Shown here: one piece after another, positions 36,430 through 48,053 of the stretch
Numbering within the stretch: the first letter of the stretch is position 1
Layout of the letters: every line of letters begins with the position of its first letter
Assembly (NCBI GenBank): GCA_004431415.1
Contig: QPMI01000560.1
Span: 372,001 to 436,000, forward strand
Source: Cyanophora paradoxa CCMP329
Lineage: Eukaryota > Plantae > Glaucophyta
DNA: 64,000 nt
Reading direction: 5' to 3'
The notes under the pieces: generated by a model
The model's input: only the letters and a program-made list of their open reading frames with translations
What the model was told of the DNA's origin: nothing
The model's database searches: none
Translations under genes and position numbers: made by a program

Positions 36430-37544
36430 TATTACGTCTACGTACTGGTTGACACACTCTAATCAAATGCATTCAACAATTCGAAAGATCGTACTACGGT
36501 AATGCTATATCGATCATTATCGCTGCAGGGCCCGGGGCGGTCAGACCGACCTCTCGAAAGTATGACGAGCTCGTTCAACGGTTCATGATCAGAGAATCTA
36601 GCGAGAATGGCACTGCGGCATTTGCGCTAATTATATAAGCTCAGCGGCTCGAAGCTACTTGGCCCAGGCTAACTAATATAATGAGAAAAAAGATGAAGCA
36701 AGAGAAAAAGCGTACTAATTATTGGGGAAGGACCCCCTTCCCCTTCCCCCACTTAGGGGTGTTCGGGTGCCCACCCTAGGCCAAAATGAAATGTCCCGAC
36801 CTCCCAAAAGCCGGGTTTTCTCGCCGGATCCTAGCAAGGCATGCCTCTAGGAGTCCGGAAACGTGTGCCGGGAGATTTTTGTCCCGTCGGGTCGACCAGG
36901 AATCGGCAATAACACGTTTTCAGAAAAAGTGTTGCAGCGCCTCGCCAAGATGCGGTATATCTGCCGGAACAAGTGCGCCTGAACGCTCGTAACAAGCCCG
37001 ACGATTCATGTCATACATGCCGAGACCGGAGGGGCACAGGGTGGCCCGCTAGGCCGCCTCAAGTACCTTTGTACTTGCCAGTCCGAGACTCGATCTGGCG
37101 TCCAGCTCCTGCGAGTTTGAGTTTTTGCCGGGTACAAGAAACATCAGCCTCGTTCTTAGCTGCATCGATATCAAGCTTCCACCGGCGACATCGATATCGC
37201 TCAGCGGCTAGCGCGGTGCAACAAAGCTGCCCCGGCCGCGGCCGGCGGCCGCGGCTGCACCGGCGCCGATGGTTCTGATCCGGTCGCGGCCGGTGCCATG
37301 GCCATCTGCTCTTCCACGTGCACCTCACCGGCAGGCGCGGCAGCTGCAGGCGCTCAGTACTGCGGCAGGCGCGCGGCAGGCGCGCGGCATGTGTTCTAGA
37401 TGCAGCGATAGCGACGGCGCTATCAGCCGGCAACAAACTCATCGGCCGCTGCCACATGTACATGTACAGCGCTAGCCGGCGCCGGCGCGCGGCGCGGCGC
37501 GACCGGCCGGGAGCGGGCCGGGAGTGCGCGCGCGCGCGGCGGGC

Positions 37545-38330
37545 GGCAGCGCGGCTCGCGCGCCGGGCGGGCGGAGGCGCAGCGGGCGGCAGCGCGGCTC
37601 GACGGGCGGGGCGGAGGCGCGGCGGGCGGCGACGCGGCTCGACGGGCGGGTTGGAGGCGCAGCGCTAGCGGGCGGCAGCGCGGCTCGACGGGCGGGCGGA
37701 GGCGCAGCGCTAGCGGGCGGCAGCGCGGCTCGACGGGCGGGGCGGAGGCGCGGCGGGCGGCGACGCGGCTCGACGGGCGGGTTGGAGGCGCAGCGCTAGC
37801 GGCGGCGGCGCGGCTCGACGGGCGGGGCGGAGGCGCGGCGGGCGGCGACGCGGCTCGACGGGCGGGTTGGAGGCGCAGCGCTAGCGGGCGGCAGCGCGGC
37901 TCGACGGGCGGGCGGAGGCGCGGCGGGCGGCGACGCGGCTCGACGGGCGGGTTGGAGGCGCAGCGCTAGCGGGCGGCAGCGCGGCTCGACGGCGGGGCGG
38001 AGGCGCGGCGGGCGGCGACGCGGCTCGACGGGCGGGTTGGAGGCGCAGCGCTAGCGGGCGGCGGCGCGGCTCGACGGGCGGGCGGAGGCGCGGCGTGCGG
38101 CGGGGCGGAGGCACAGCGGGCGGCAGCGCGGCTCGACGGGCGGGGCGGAGGCGCGGCGGGCGGCGACGCGGCTCGACGGGCGGGGCGGAGGCGTGGCGGG
38201 GGCGGCGCGGCTCGACGGGCGGGGCGGAGGCGCGGCGGGGGCGGCGCGGCTGGACGGGCGGGGCGGAGGCGCGGCGGGCGGCGACGCGGCTCGAAGGGCG
38301 GGGCGGATCGGAGGCGCGGTGGGCCCGGGG
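37545..38330. repeat. GC-rich minisatellite, ~30-36 bp units with GCGGCTCGACGGGCGG core and alternating higher-order variants
   Basis: About 20 copies of GGCTCGAC alternating with GGAGGCGCGGCG and TTGGAGGCGCAGCGCTAGC variants. Confidence 0.92.
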
Positions 38331-38598
38331 CGGTGGCGGGGCTTGCAGGGCTTTTTGTTTAATTTCGATTTCGCTGCGAGCTGCTGCGGCCCAGGCCTAC
38401 GTTAACGTTAACGTTAACGAGTATTTTAGAACCGTTGAACCCGCCTTGCACATCTTTGAGACGAGCTCTCGAGCAGGGGGCGGTGCACGTGGCGAGTCGA
38501 CTCGGCGAATTGCAATTGATCATCATTGGCCTGCCAGGCCATTAGAGGTCCTTCCCCTCCAACAGGGGCAGTGCAACTGCAGTGACCCTGTTCCGTTC

Positions 38599-38648
38599 AT
38601 AAAAGAGCCACTGACTTGCCGCGCGCGTCAGTGGGGTCCGGGGAAGGG
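38599..38648 (-). repeat. ~50-bp dispersed repeat with hairpin, copy 2
   Basis: Reverse-complement match to 8658-8708. Confidence 0.8.
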
Positions 38649-38786
38649 AAATTGATCATGGTCATGGGGTCTGTGGTTCTGCGGCACGTAGGAGGAAGCA
38701 CCAAGAGCTCTTGGCATTGGCAGTGCGCACAAGACTCGCACAAAAGGGGCGGCGGGGCTGCAGCCCCGGGCGGTGCTGCCTAGTCA

Positions 38787-39213
38787 CTACACGGCATTGG
38801 TCTTCTTCCCGCCCTTGGTGCCCTTCCCGCCCTTGGGCTTCCTGATGGACTTGGCGCCCTTGCTCTTGCCCTTGGAGACGCCGGCGCCCAGGAGGCGCGC
38901 GGCCTTGGTGCCGAGGAGGCGGGGCGCAGCGAGGGCCATGAGGCCCTTCATGCCGGTGGCCTTCTTTGGGGCGGAGGCCGGCTTCACGACCGGCGCCTCG
39001 GCGGCGTCGAGCTCGGGCGCTGCCCCCTCCTTGTCCGAGGAGACCTCGATGGGGTCGTCCCTGAGGCCAGAGCGGGTGAGGAAAGGGAGGATGGGTGGGG
39101 GAAAGGGGGGGGGGGGGGGGGGGGGAAGGGGGCGTGGAAGAAGACGGAGGGGCGGACCCGGCGGCGGAGGCGTTGTCGGACTCGTCCGAGGAGACCACGA
39201 AAGGAGCATTCAT
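38787..39213 (-). CDS. Small hypothetical protein: acidic N-terminus, Lys/Gly-rich basic C-terminus
   Basis: VVSSDESDN exon splices to DDPIEVSSDKE...KGKSKGAKSIRKPKGGKGTKGGKK; 5' end uncertain. Confidence 0.4.
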
Positions 39214-39434
39214 AACTCTCAATCAGGCTTCATTAGCTACAGCTAGCGCTAAGCAACATTCGATCGACTTGGCGTCTCGAGAAGAAATAAAAAGATCGAT
39301 GTGGTCCGATGAGCGGAGAAATAACGCAAGAACCAAAACTGCTGGGCTCCGGGGCGGATCCGTTGCCAGCGACGGTCAGTATCTACAATCGGTCTCCCGT
39401 TCGAGGAACCGTGCGCTGGCGACCGGGTGGCGGG

Positions 39435-41291
39435 GCCGGGGCGGGGGCGGCGCTCATGACGAGGCGTCGGCGCCGGCGGGGGCGGGGGGCTCTGGGTCGG
39501 CCCAGGCGGGCGGGGCGGGCGGCGAGGGCGCGCTGCAGGCGGCGCGAGACCTCCTCCTCCCAGAACTGGGCGGGCGAGCGCGTGAGGCGGGGGAGTAAAG
39601 GAGGGGATACAGACGCGGGCACCTTGCTGGGGCGAGGACCTCTGTGGGGAGGCGCGCGGAGGAGGGCCGCCCGTGCCCGTGCCTGTGCCCGTTGGCGGCG
39701 GGGCGCGGGCCGGGCGGGCGCGGCGGCTCGAAGGCGAGGCGGGCCGGCAGCGAGGCCGCGCAGGGCTCCAGCGCCCTTCCCGCCCCGCCCTCCCCGCTCC
39801 CCACGCTCGCCCGCCGCCGCCGGGGCGGGCCCCGCCGGCGAGGTCCGGCGGGTCGGCCGCCGGGGAGAGGGCGAGCGGGGCGGGAGGACCGGCCCCGCGC
39901 CCCAGGCTCCGCAGCGAGGCCACGAGGCGGGCAAAACGGGGCTCCCGGCGGGCCCCGGCCCCGGCGGCGTCCCCGGCCCGTTCCCGCTGGGCCGGGGAGC
40001 GGGGCGGCGACGGCGAGCGCGAGTGGAGGTTGAGGAGGAGGCGGCGGCAGGGGGCAGGAGGGCGGCGTGGAGGGCGGAGCGGGGCGGGGAAGGCGGGGAG
40101 GAGCGGGGGCCGTTGGGCGGGAGCGGGCGGGGGCGAGGGCGGGGCGCAGGCGCAGGGCCCTCCTCCCGAATCGTGGCGCACTCGGGCGCGTGGGCGTGGG
40201 CGTGGCGGGCGGGGCGCGGGGCGGCGGCCCCCCCGGGAGGGCGGGCGGCCTGGGCGATGGGATGGCCGGCAGGTGGAGCGGGCTGCCCGCGGCGGTGGCG
40301 GAGCGGGAGCGGGGGAAGAGGCCGCGGCCGCCCGCCTCGTCCGAGCTCGAGGCGGCGCTCAGCGGGCTCCGGGGGCCCGACGCCAGCGCCCCGCCGGGCT
40401 CCTCGGGCCCAGCGCCAGCGGCCCCAGCGAGGGGACTCTGCGGGGCGGTCAGGCGGGGCCAAGGGCGCGGGGCCGGCCGGGGCGCACCGGGCGGGTGGGC
40501 GAGGCGGGGATGACGAGGGGCGAGAGGGCGCCCCTGAGAGAGCCGTTGCGGCTGCCTCCGCCGGCGGCGGCCTCGCTGCCGGGGCTCGCGCCGGCGGGGG
40601 CGAGGGCGTCGGAGCAGTCGGGGCCGGGGCCGACGTCGATGCTGAGGGAGCGGGGGCGGCCGCCGGGGCCGGGGCCGGGGCCGGGGGCGTCGCGACGCCG
40701 AGGAGCTCGTAGAAGGAGCCCGGCGCGCTCCCGCAGGCCGAGCCCGGCAGCGACGAGGCCAGGCTCCGCCGCCGCTCTAGAATCGGCGGGCACGCAGGCG
40801 CGGCCGGCGGCCCCGCGGGGCCCGGGCAGGGCGCCATCGACATCAGCTCCGCCCTCAGCATCCCGGGGCGGGCTCACGGCGCTGCAGCGGGCGGGCGGTA
40901 CGTATGCGAAGAGCTGAGCGCGTCCAGCCGCGGGCCAGCTGCTGCTGTCGGCGCCGAAGCCGCCGAGCGAGCGACGCCTCTCTGCTGCACGCGGAGCCGC
41001 TTTGAGGCGCGCTAGTCACGCCGAAGCTGCAGACGCGTCACGACTGCTCGCGCCGACTCGCGCGGGGCGCCACCAGAGTCACCAGACGAAGCGTCGAGGA
41101 GCTGCTTTCGGGCGCCGCCGCCGCCGCGCCCTTGCGCTGCGCTTACTGGTTCGCTTGCTGCTCCGCGATGCGAGCGCTCTCGCGCTGCTGCTGCCATGCG
41201 CCTCTTGGCTGGTTCCCTGCTGCAGCTGCGGCTGTAGTCGCTCCAACTTGGCAAGCGCGGCACCGGGCAATGCGGACCAACTTGCGGGCAT
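39435..41291 (-). CDS. Hypothetical Pro/Ala-rich multi-exon protein
   Basis: Coding-like segments (MLRAELMSM..., ECATIREE, QFWEEEVSRRLQRAL) with intron-like gaps; boundaries uncertain. Confidence 0.35.
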
Positions 41292-42201
41292 CGATATCCG
41301 ATCGCGATGATCCTCGGCCTCGAGGCTCGAGCTCATGATCAGCTGATCATGATCGTCAGCATGGGCACGGGAGTTGATGTCGGGAATCCCTGTTAGCGCC
41401 GATCCCTGTTATAATTCCCGGTTGACCGTCGCCGGTCCGTCGGACAGACCGTACCATTAACGATTCCAAATTTCCAATCTGCAAGGCGAGCCTTAAGTTG
41501 GGAAACAGTTGGGAAAGCATGTACTGTACAGCCACAAACTTCCTACAAAGGTCGCCCCTTACGAGCTCGGCATTTCGGAGCGCCGTTCATTCGGCGTCCA
41601 AAGGACGGGACCACCGTTCATCTTGTCCTGAAAGCTTCATGAATTATGACACGTGCGCTCCAATTTGAGCCTCCAAATCCCAAGCATGGCAGGCAATTGC
41701 AACTGGCTCGAGCTCAGTGAAGAGCGTACGTCGCGCGTGGAGGCACACGCGGGCCGACGCGGCGCACGGCCGCGCACCGCACCGCGCAAAGATCCTGCGG
41801 CGTCCGACTGTCGGCGGCGACTACATGTACAGCTAGCAGTAGCAAGCAGCTAGCTACATGCGCATGCGCAGCTGCGCGCGCGCGCGCTGGCCGCTGAGCG
41901 ATGGCTCGCCACTGCCGACGCGCTAGACGCCGTTCCTTTCAGAGAGCGCTAGCGCGCTCATGCGCACGCATGCGAAACCGGCGGTCCGATGCGGTCGTCA
42001 GCAGCGGACCGATGCGGTCGCGACGTCGGGGTACGACGCGTCAGCGGGGGCACGGCGCGCGGTCAAACTCGCTCTACCCGTCCGCAGCCAGCATCCATCG
42101 TAACGCCGCCTGCTTTTTTCGGCAGAATTCAGCGCAGCCGAGCTTGTTCGACCCGCCGGTGATACGATCCGCCGCCTGAGTCGGCGCGGAAAGCGATTAC
42201 G

Positions 42202-42824
42202 ATGGGGTCGGCCCGGCCGCACACGGATTCGCCGACGTTGAATCCAAACGTCTCGTGGCTGACGGAGAGATACGCTTGGATCAGCTATGTTGCCGTTGTC
42301 TTCGGCTTCCGCTACCTGCTCGTAATCCTGCGTTTCGACACTGCCAGCGCCTGGGTCACAACGAACCTGCTTCACGCGATCGTGCGCTCCCGTGAACTCC
42401 GAGCGTTCGGGCATCCGCCCGTACTGTCCGGCGCCTGCTGACCGGCCCGACAGTTCACATGGTTTGCGTTCCACTGGGTGCGGGGTTCGCCCTTCGGCGA
42501 CGAGTTCAACGAGCAGGGAAAGTACAACAAGTACACATGGTGGGAACAGATCGACAATGGGCGCCAGAACACCAAGAACCGAAAGTTCCTGACCATCTTC
42601 CCCGTCGTTCTGTGCGCCGCTCGCCGCCGACCGGCCGCGATACTCGCGCCCGAGCGCCGCGCTCACGGGCGCCTCGGGGGCGCAGCTACCTCATCGCGAC
42701 GCACTACTCCGACTACCACTTCCCGACCCTCCTTGTCAACACCCTCGCCCTCGTCATCCTCCTCATCTCCAAGCTCCCCAAGATGCACAAAGTCCGCATC
42801 TTCGGCATCAACAAGTGGCCCTGA
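42202..42824 (+). CDS. ORMDL: ORMDL/ORM1 family regulator of serine palmitoyltransferase; 2 introns
   Basis: NPNVSW, AWVTTNLLH, FHWVRGSPF, QGKYNKYTWWEQIDNG, RKFLT, SKLPKMHKVRIFGINK. Confidence 0.95.
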
Positions 42825-43104
42825 ACCCCAGCGCGCCCCGCGACCGGCGCCCCCCCGCCCCCGACTCGCCTCCCCCCGCTCCGGATCCCGTAGCCCGAAT
42901 TCACCAGGCCTTTCATGTTCAGTTCTCAACAGGTTCGAAAGCACGGCACTTGCGGCGGGCGTCTTGCTTCCGGGGCGGGAGGGCGGGGCGCGCGGGAGGG
43001 CGGGCGAGCGGGGGAGCGGTCCGGGGCGCGAGGGGGGTGGCGGGGCGGGGCGCTGGGCGACGCGGGGGAGGGGCGGGGGGGGAGGAGGCGCGGGGGCCGG
43101 GCGG

Positions 43105-44642
43105 CTATCGCATCTCTTCGTCACTGTCGACGGCGGCGGGGGCCGGGCCGTCGTCCTCCATCCCGTCCCCGTCCGCCGGCTGCGGCCCCATAGCGGGGTC
43201 AGAGGCAGGCGGGGCGGGGCGGGGCAGGCCGGGGCGGGCCGGGGGGTGCTTGGCGAGGAGCTCGGCGGTCTCGGCGAGCTGCGTCTCGACGTCCTCCATG
43301 ATCCGCGGGTCCACGCTCGCCAGCTTCTCCAGCAGCTGCCCGCGCCCCGCCTCAGCCCCCACCCCGTGCCGCGCGCGGCGCCCTGGGCTGGGCGCGCCTC
43401 CTTGCACTTGGTGAAGTTGTCGCGGGCGATGGCGTAGTCGGGCTCGCCGGCGTCCTTGCAGCAGACCCCGAGCAGGTAGTACGACTCGGCGTCCTCGTCG
43501 TTCTCCTCCAGCAGGTCCTCCAGCACCCCCTCCGCCCGGTCGAAGTCCGCGAGGTGGATCAGCAGCTTCGCCGTCTGCTTCCTGAACGCGTACGGCGCCA
43601 CCTCGCGCTTCTCCTCCGGCACCCCCTCGCCCCCTGCCCCCCGCGGCGCCGGCGGGGCTCGGCGGGGCGGCTGCGCGGCGGGGGCGGGGCGGGGCGGGGC
43701 GGGGGCGGGGCGGACCAAGGGCCTCCATGATCTCGAGCGTGCGTCCCATAAGCGTCAGCGCCTCCTCTCTCCTCTCCTGGTTCAGCCGCATGCTCGCCAG
43801 CGCTTGGTACGGCTCCGCCGTCAGCGACTCCCCGCACTGCCGCTCCCTGAGTCAGCGCGCCGCCCGCCTGCGCCCCGCGGTGCGCGGGCGGCGCGGCGCG
43901 CCTGTATTGCTTCCAGTAGCAGCTTCTCTGCTTCCTGCTCCGCGCGCGCGTCCTCCCTGCGCGGGCGGCACGCGGCGCCGGCTTGGCTGGAGCCCGCGGC
44001 GCCCCGGGCTGCTGCGCAGGCGCGCGGGCGGCGGTGCGCACGGCATATCCGCGAGGTAGACCTCCGCTGCTGCTGTGAGCGCCGACGCGAGGCTCTTCCG
44101 CACTGTGCTCGGCTCGCCGCCCTGCGCCACGCCCGATTGATCGGCCGCGGCAGGGCGGGGCGGGTCGCGGGGCGAGCAGAGGAGCGGGCCCGCATCAGAA
44201 AAGAGCGCCCACCTCGCCGCTCATGGCTTTCGTGAGGTCGGCCTTGAGGAGCTGGATGCCGCGGTCGTAGGTCGCGATCGCTTCCATCCCCTGCAGCAGC
44301 TGCGCCATAAGCATATACTTGTTGAAGCTCCCAACAGGATCCGCATCTATGCTCTTCCTCAGCAGCTGCCCGCGCGGCGCGCTTTGTCAAGGGCGGCGCT
44401 GAGCGCTGCGCCGCGGGCGGGGTGCGGCGCGACAAGGATACGTCCTTGGCGGATTCCAAGTCCCCCATATCAGCCAGCAAGCTACCCGTCGCCTCCAATA
44501 CGTCCGCATTGGTTGGATCCTTGGAGAGGGCCCGCTTGTAGAACTGCAGCGCGAGCTCGTGCTCGAAAGAGTCCAGCGCTGCCTCTGCCTGCTTCACGAG
44601 ATCCGCCACGCCCGGCTCTTTCTTCTTTAGCTTCGGCGGCAT
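43105..44642 (-). CDS. TPR protein, ACL4-like assembly chaperone of ribosomal protein uL4
   Basis: ELALQFYKRAL...DVLEATGSLL, FNKYMLMGQL, AAEVYLAD, YQALASMRLNQ, PYAFRKQTAKLLI, LEENDEDAESYYLLG, acidic tail. Confidence 0.78.
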
Positions 44643-44845
44643 CGCGCCGCTCTTTTTTCTCCCGGCCGGGTACGGCGAGCAAAGGGCGGCTGGCCGATCA
44701 CAGAACAGCTTCAGAGCACCTGCCCCGCCGATCTGAAAGCGAGCTCGCGTATTATCGCGCGCCCCGGCCCGAGCATCAACCGGCCGCGTTCACACCCGCG
44801 CTTGCTCGACCGAGGCCTCCAGCTCGCCTTGGCGCCGCCACCGCG

Positions 44846-45393
44846 ATGTTCGATCATCTGTCCATTGGATGCTCCGACATGCAGGTGCGCTGACCGGCGC
44901 CCGCTCACGGGGTAGCTTGGGCGCGCGTGCACGTGCGCATCGTGGTACGTAGCGAGCTTAACGCCGTGTGCGTACGGCGGCGCAGAGGTCGCAAACGTTC
45001 TACGACGCGTGCATGCCGGCGCTCGGCTACAAGCGCCTCATGGGCTCGAGCTGGATGGCGATCTACGGCCCGGACGGAGAGCCGCGCTTCTTCGTCTCGA
45101 CCCGCGGCGAGGCCGCCGAGCAGCTCGGCAAGGCGCGGGGCATGCACATCGCCTTCCGCGCACCAAGCAGGCAGGCCGTCGACGAGTGGCACCGCGCCGC
45201 GGTGCGCCCCGCGCGCGGGTCGCCCTTCCCCCGATTCACCGCGGCCCTAGCTAAGCCCGCTCAGGTGGCGGCGGGGGGGAAGGACAACGGGGCGCCGGGC
45301 CCGCGGGCGCAGTACCACCCAAACTACTACGCGGCCTTCGTGATGGACCCCGACGGCTGGCGCCTCGAGGCCGTCTGCCACACCCCGCCCTGA
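44846..45393 (+). CDS. VOC / glyoxalase-bleomycin-resistance family protein; 2 introns
   Basis: MFDHLSIGCSD..RSQTFY, HIAFRAPSRQAVDEWH, GGKDNGAPGPR, YYAAFVMDPDGWRLEAV. Confidence 0.9.
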
Positions 45394-45455
45394 CCCCGAG
45401 AGGAACCCTCGAATCCGAATCGAATTCGCTTTACAGGCCGGCTGCGGCTGCGGGG

Positions 45456-47554
45456 CTAACTACTCGGGGGCTGGGGCTTTTGTTCTGCGGCGGGGGTGCC
45501 CGGGCCCTGGCGCGGCAGCCGGCAGCTGGCGCCCTCCGCGCCAGAGCCGGATCCGGAGGCGGAGGCGGATCCGGAGGCGGAGGCGGGGCGGCCCTCGGGG
45601 GGCGGGGCCTTGGGCGCGGGGCGGCGGGTGGCAAAGGGGTTGCTGAGGCCCATCTTCGCGAGGAACATCTCCGTCTGCGGGTTCACCAGCGGCTCTGCGC
45701 GGCCCCGGGTCAGCCGCGCGGGGCGAGGGGGAAGAGGGGCGAGAGGGAGCGCACGGGGCATGCCGCCGCTGCGGGGGGCGGCGGGGTCGTAGGCGGGGAC
45801 GATGCGGGCGAAGTTGTGGGGGATGGGGAGGGAGCCGTCGGGGGCGGCGCCCATGCGGGCCGCCACCTCGGCGAGCTCCTCCGCCGTCGCCCGGAAGTCC
45901 ACCCTGCCGCCCCCGGCCCGGCCCCTCGCCGCGCGCCCGCAAGCCCCGCGCCCCGGCCTGAGAGCGCCGCACCGGGCGCCCGGCTTGCGGGAGTCGCCGG
46001 GCATGTGGACGGTGCCGCCGCCGGCGCTCAGAAGCCCGTGCGTGCTGCGGGGCGGGCGCTCAGGGAAAGCGGCGGCGGGGGGGCGGGCGGGGGGGCGGGC
46101 GGGCCTGCGGAGGACGGCGAGCCACTCGGGGTCGTACTCGAAGCGAAGCGGGCCCCGCGCCTCCCCCACGTCGATCACCTGCCGCCCCTCCGTTCGAGGC
46201 GGGGCGGGCGGAGCGGGCGGAGCGGGGCGGGCGGGGCGGGGGCGCCTCGATGTAGTCGGGGCGTTTGCGGCACTTGTCGAGGCCGAGGAAGAGGGTCTCG
46301 CCCCCCGCCGGCCCCGCGTGCCGCACGGCGGCCTCGAAGCGGGCGTGCATGTGGCCCGAGAGCCAGCGGGCGGGGCGCAGGGAGGCGAGGAGGCGGGCCC
46401 CCGCGGGGCTCCCTAGGGTCCCCGCCTCGACGTCGGGGCGGAAGCGGGGGAAGCGGCGGAGGAGGCCCTCGCGGTCGCCGTGCTCGTAGACGCCGCGGGG
46501 CCAGTCGTGGCTCATGAAGAGCTCCGGGGGCGAGGCGAGCTGCTCCAGGCGGAACACCTCCAGCTCCCGCACGTAGTACCTGCGCCGCCCCTCAGAGACG
46601 AGGAGGAGAGCGCGGATCGGAGGGGGCGAGGCGAGGCGCACGCGGAGTAGATGGAGTTCTCGGTGTAGGGCGGTGCCTCGAAGTGGCCGATCTTGAAGTG
46701 CCGCTCGCTGTAGATCCCCGAGATGCCCCCGATGCGCACGCCCCCGAACCGCACCACCCCGGCCCTGCTCGAGCGACGCCGGGCCCCTCAGACGGGGCTG
46801 GGCCGGCCCCGGGCGGGCCGCGGGCGTCTGGCGCGGCACCTGCCGAGGTAGTAGACGTTGGGGCAGACCCAGCCGCCCCAGTAGAGCTCGCGGAGGTGGT
46901 TCGACGCCTCGTGGTTGCCCCCGATGAAGAGCGTCGGCACGGGTGCCTCCAGCTCCCCGCTGTAGTACCGGCAGTACTCTGCGCCCCCGCGCTCGCATCT
47001 GGCCGGCGCGGCTCGGGGTCGGCAGGTCGAAGGGAAAGCGCACGGCCCATCTGGCGGGGCCAGCGTCAGCGGCGGCGGGGGCGCGGGGTCGTCAGGGATC
47101 GAAAGGGCGCACGTGTCTGTACTTCGGGGGGCAGGCCTTGCACTCCAGATCGTCCTCTGCGACGGGTCAGCGGCCGCTCTAGATACGAAGGAGCGCACGC
47201 TCTCAGGCCGTAGATCTAGATATCGATCTAGACCCGCGGGCCGTGTGCGTCCAGCCGCGGCGCACCGTTGCGAACGGCCTCAAAATCACCGCAGCCTGCC
47301 GAGCCATCAGCTGTTTTAAGCTGCGCATGCGGTTGCGCAGCGCGGTCGCATACGCACACAAGAGAAGGTCGATCTTCTGGCCCCCCGCCCGCTCAAGGGC
47401 CGCGACGTGCCCGTAGATCGTTTCGAGCTCTCCGTGAGCGCAGCCTACCACGGCGATCTGCGGCGTACACGTCGGCGCGACGGCCGCAGCGTGGCGCGGA
47501 TCGGAACAGCGGCTGGGGCCGCAATTGCATGCGTAATTGCGGGCGCACCCGCAT
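45456..47554 (-). CDS. DBR1: RNA lariat debranching enzyme
   Basis: [82 protein letters not shown]. Confidence 0.95.
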
Positions 47555-48053
47555 GGCTAGAGACCGGGTGGACGCTTTCTGTTCCGGCGGCGTCGGCGTC
47601 GGCGATACTGCTTGGCGGCCGAATGGGAGGGAACGCGTCGGAGCTGCTAGCTCGGTGTGCGCGGAGGCGGAAGACCCGTCGGACTGTGATCTCGAGCATC
47701 GCGCATCGTTCCGGGGGCCCGTCCGAAGCGCTCAGAGCCTTCGAATTCTGACCAGCCTCGCATGAAGCCGTCAGCATACCCCCCCCCCCCTCTCCCCGGG
47801 AGACTCCCCCCACCCCTTCCTTCACCGCCGCCCGCTACGATGCATTGCGCGCGGGCAGGGGGGGCGCGCTGCCAAGCCAGCTAGGGGCGACGCCACCTCG
47901 GGCCTTGTCCCTCCCAATGCCCGACCCCGCCCGCGGCGCTAGCGCTGGCCGCGGCCCGGCAAGCCTGATGCCTTCGGCATAACGATGTGCATTGCGAGCG
48001 GAACAGCGCGGCGGGAACGTCGACTAGGCACTACGCGAAATTCCGTCCGGCCT

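Noticed and set aside
37545-38330. CRISPR-like array
   Set aside because: No unique spacers, degenerate units, no cas genes, eukaryotic context.
8658-38648. Giant 30-kb transposon bounded by the inverted 50-bp repeats
   Set aside because: No matching target-site duplication (TTAA is not adjacent to the CCC), and the interval contains ordinary housekeeping genes.
26398-45393. Secondary-metabolite gene cluster (aroB, fabD, VOC)
   Set aside because: Different predicted compartments, no synthase backbone gene, and unrelated genes in between.
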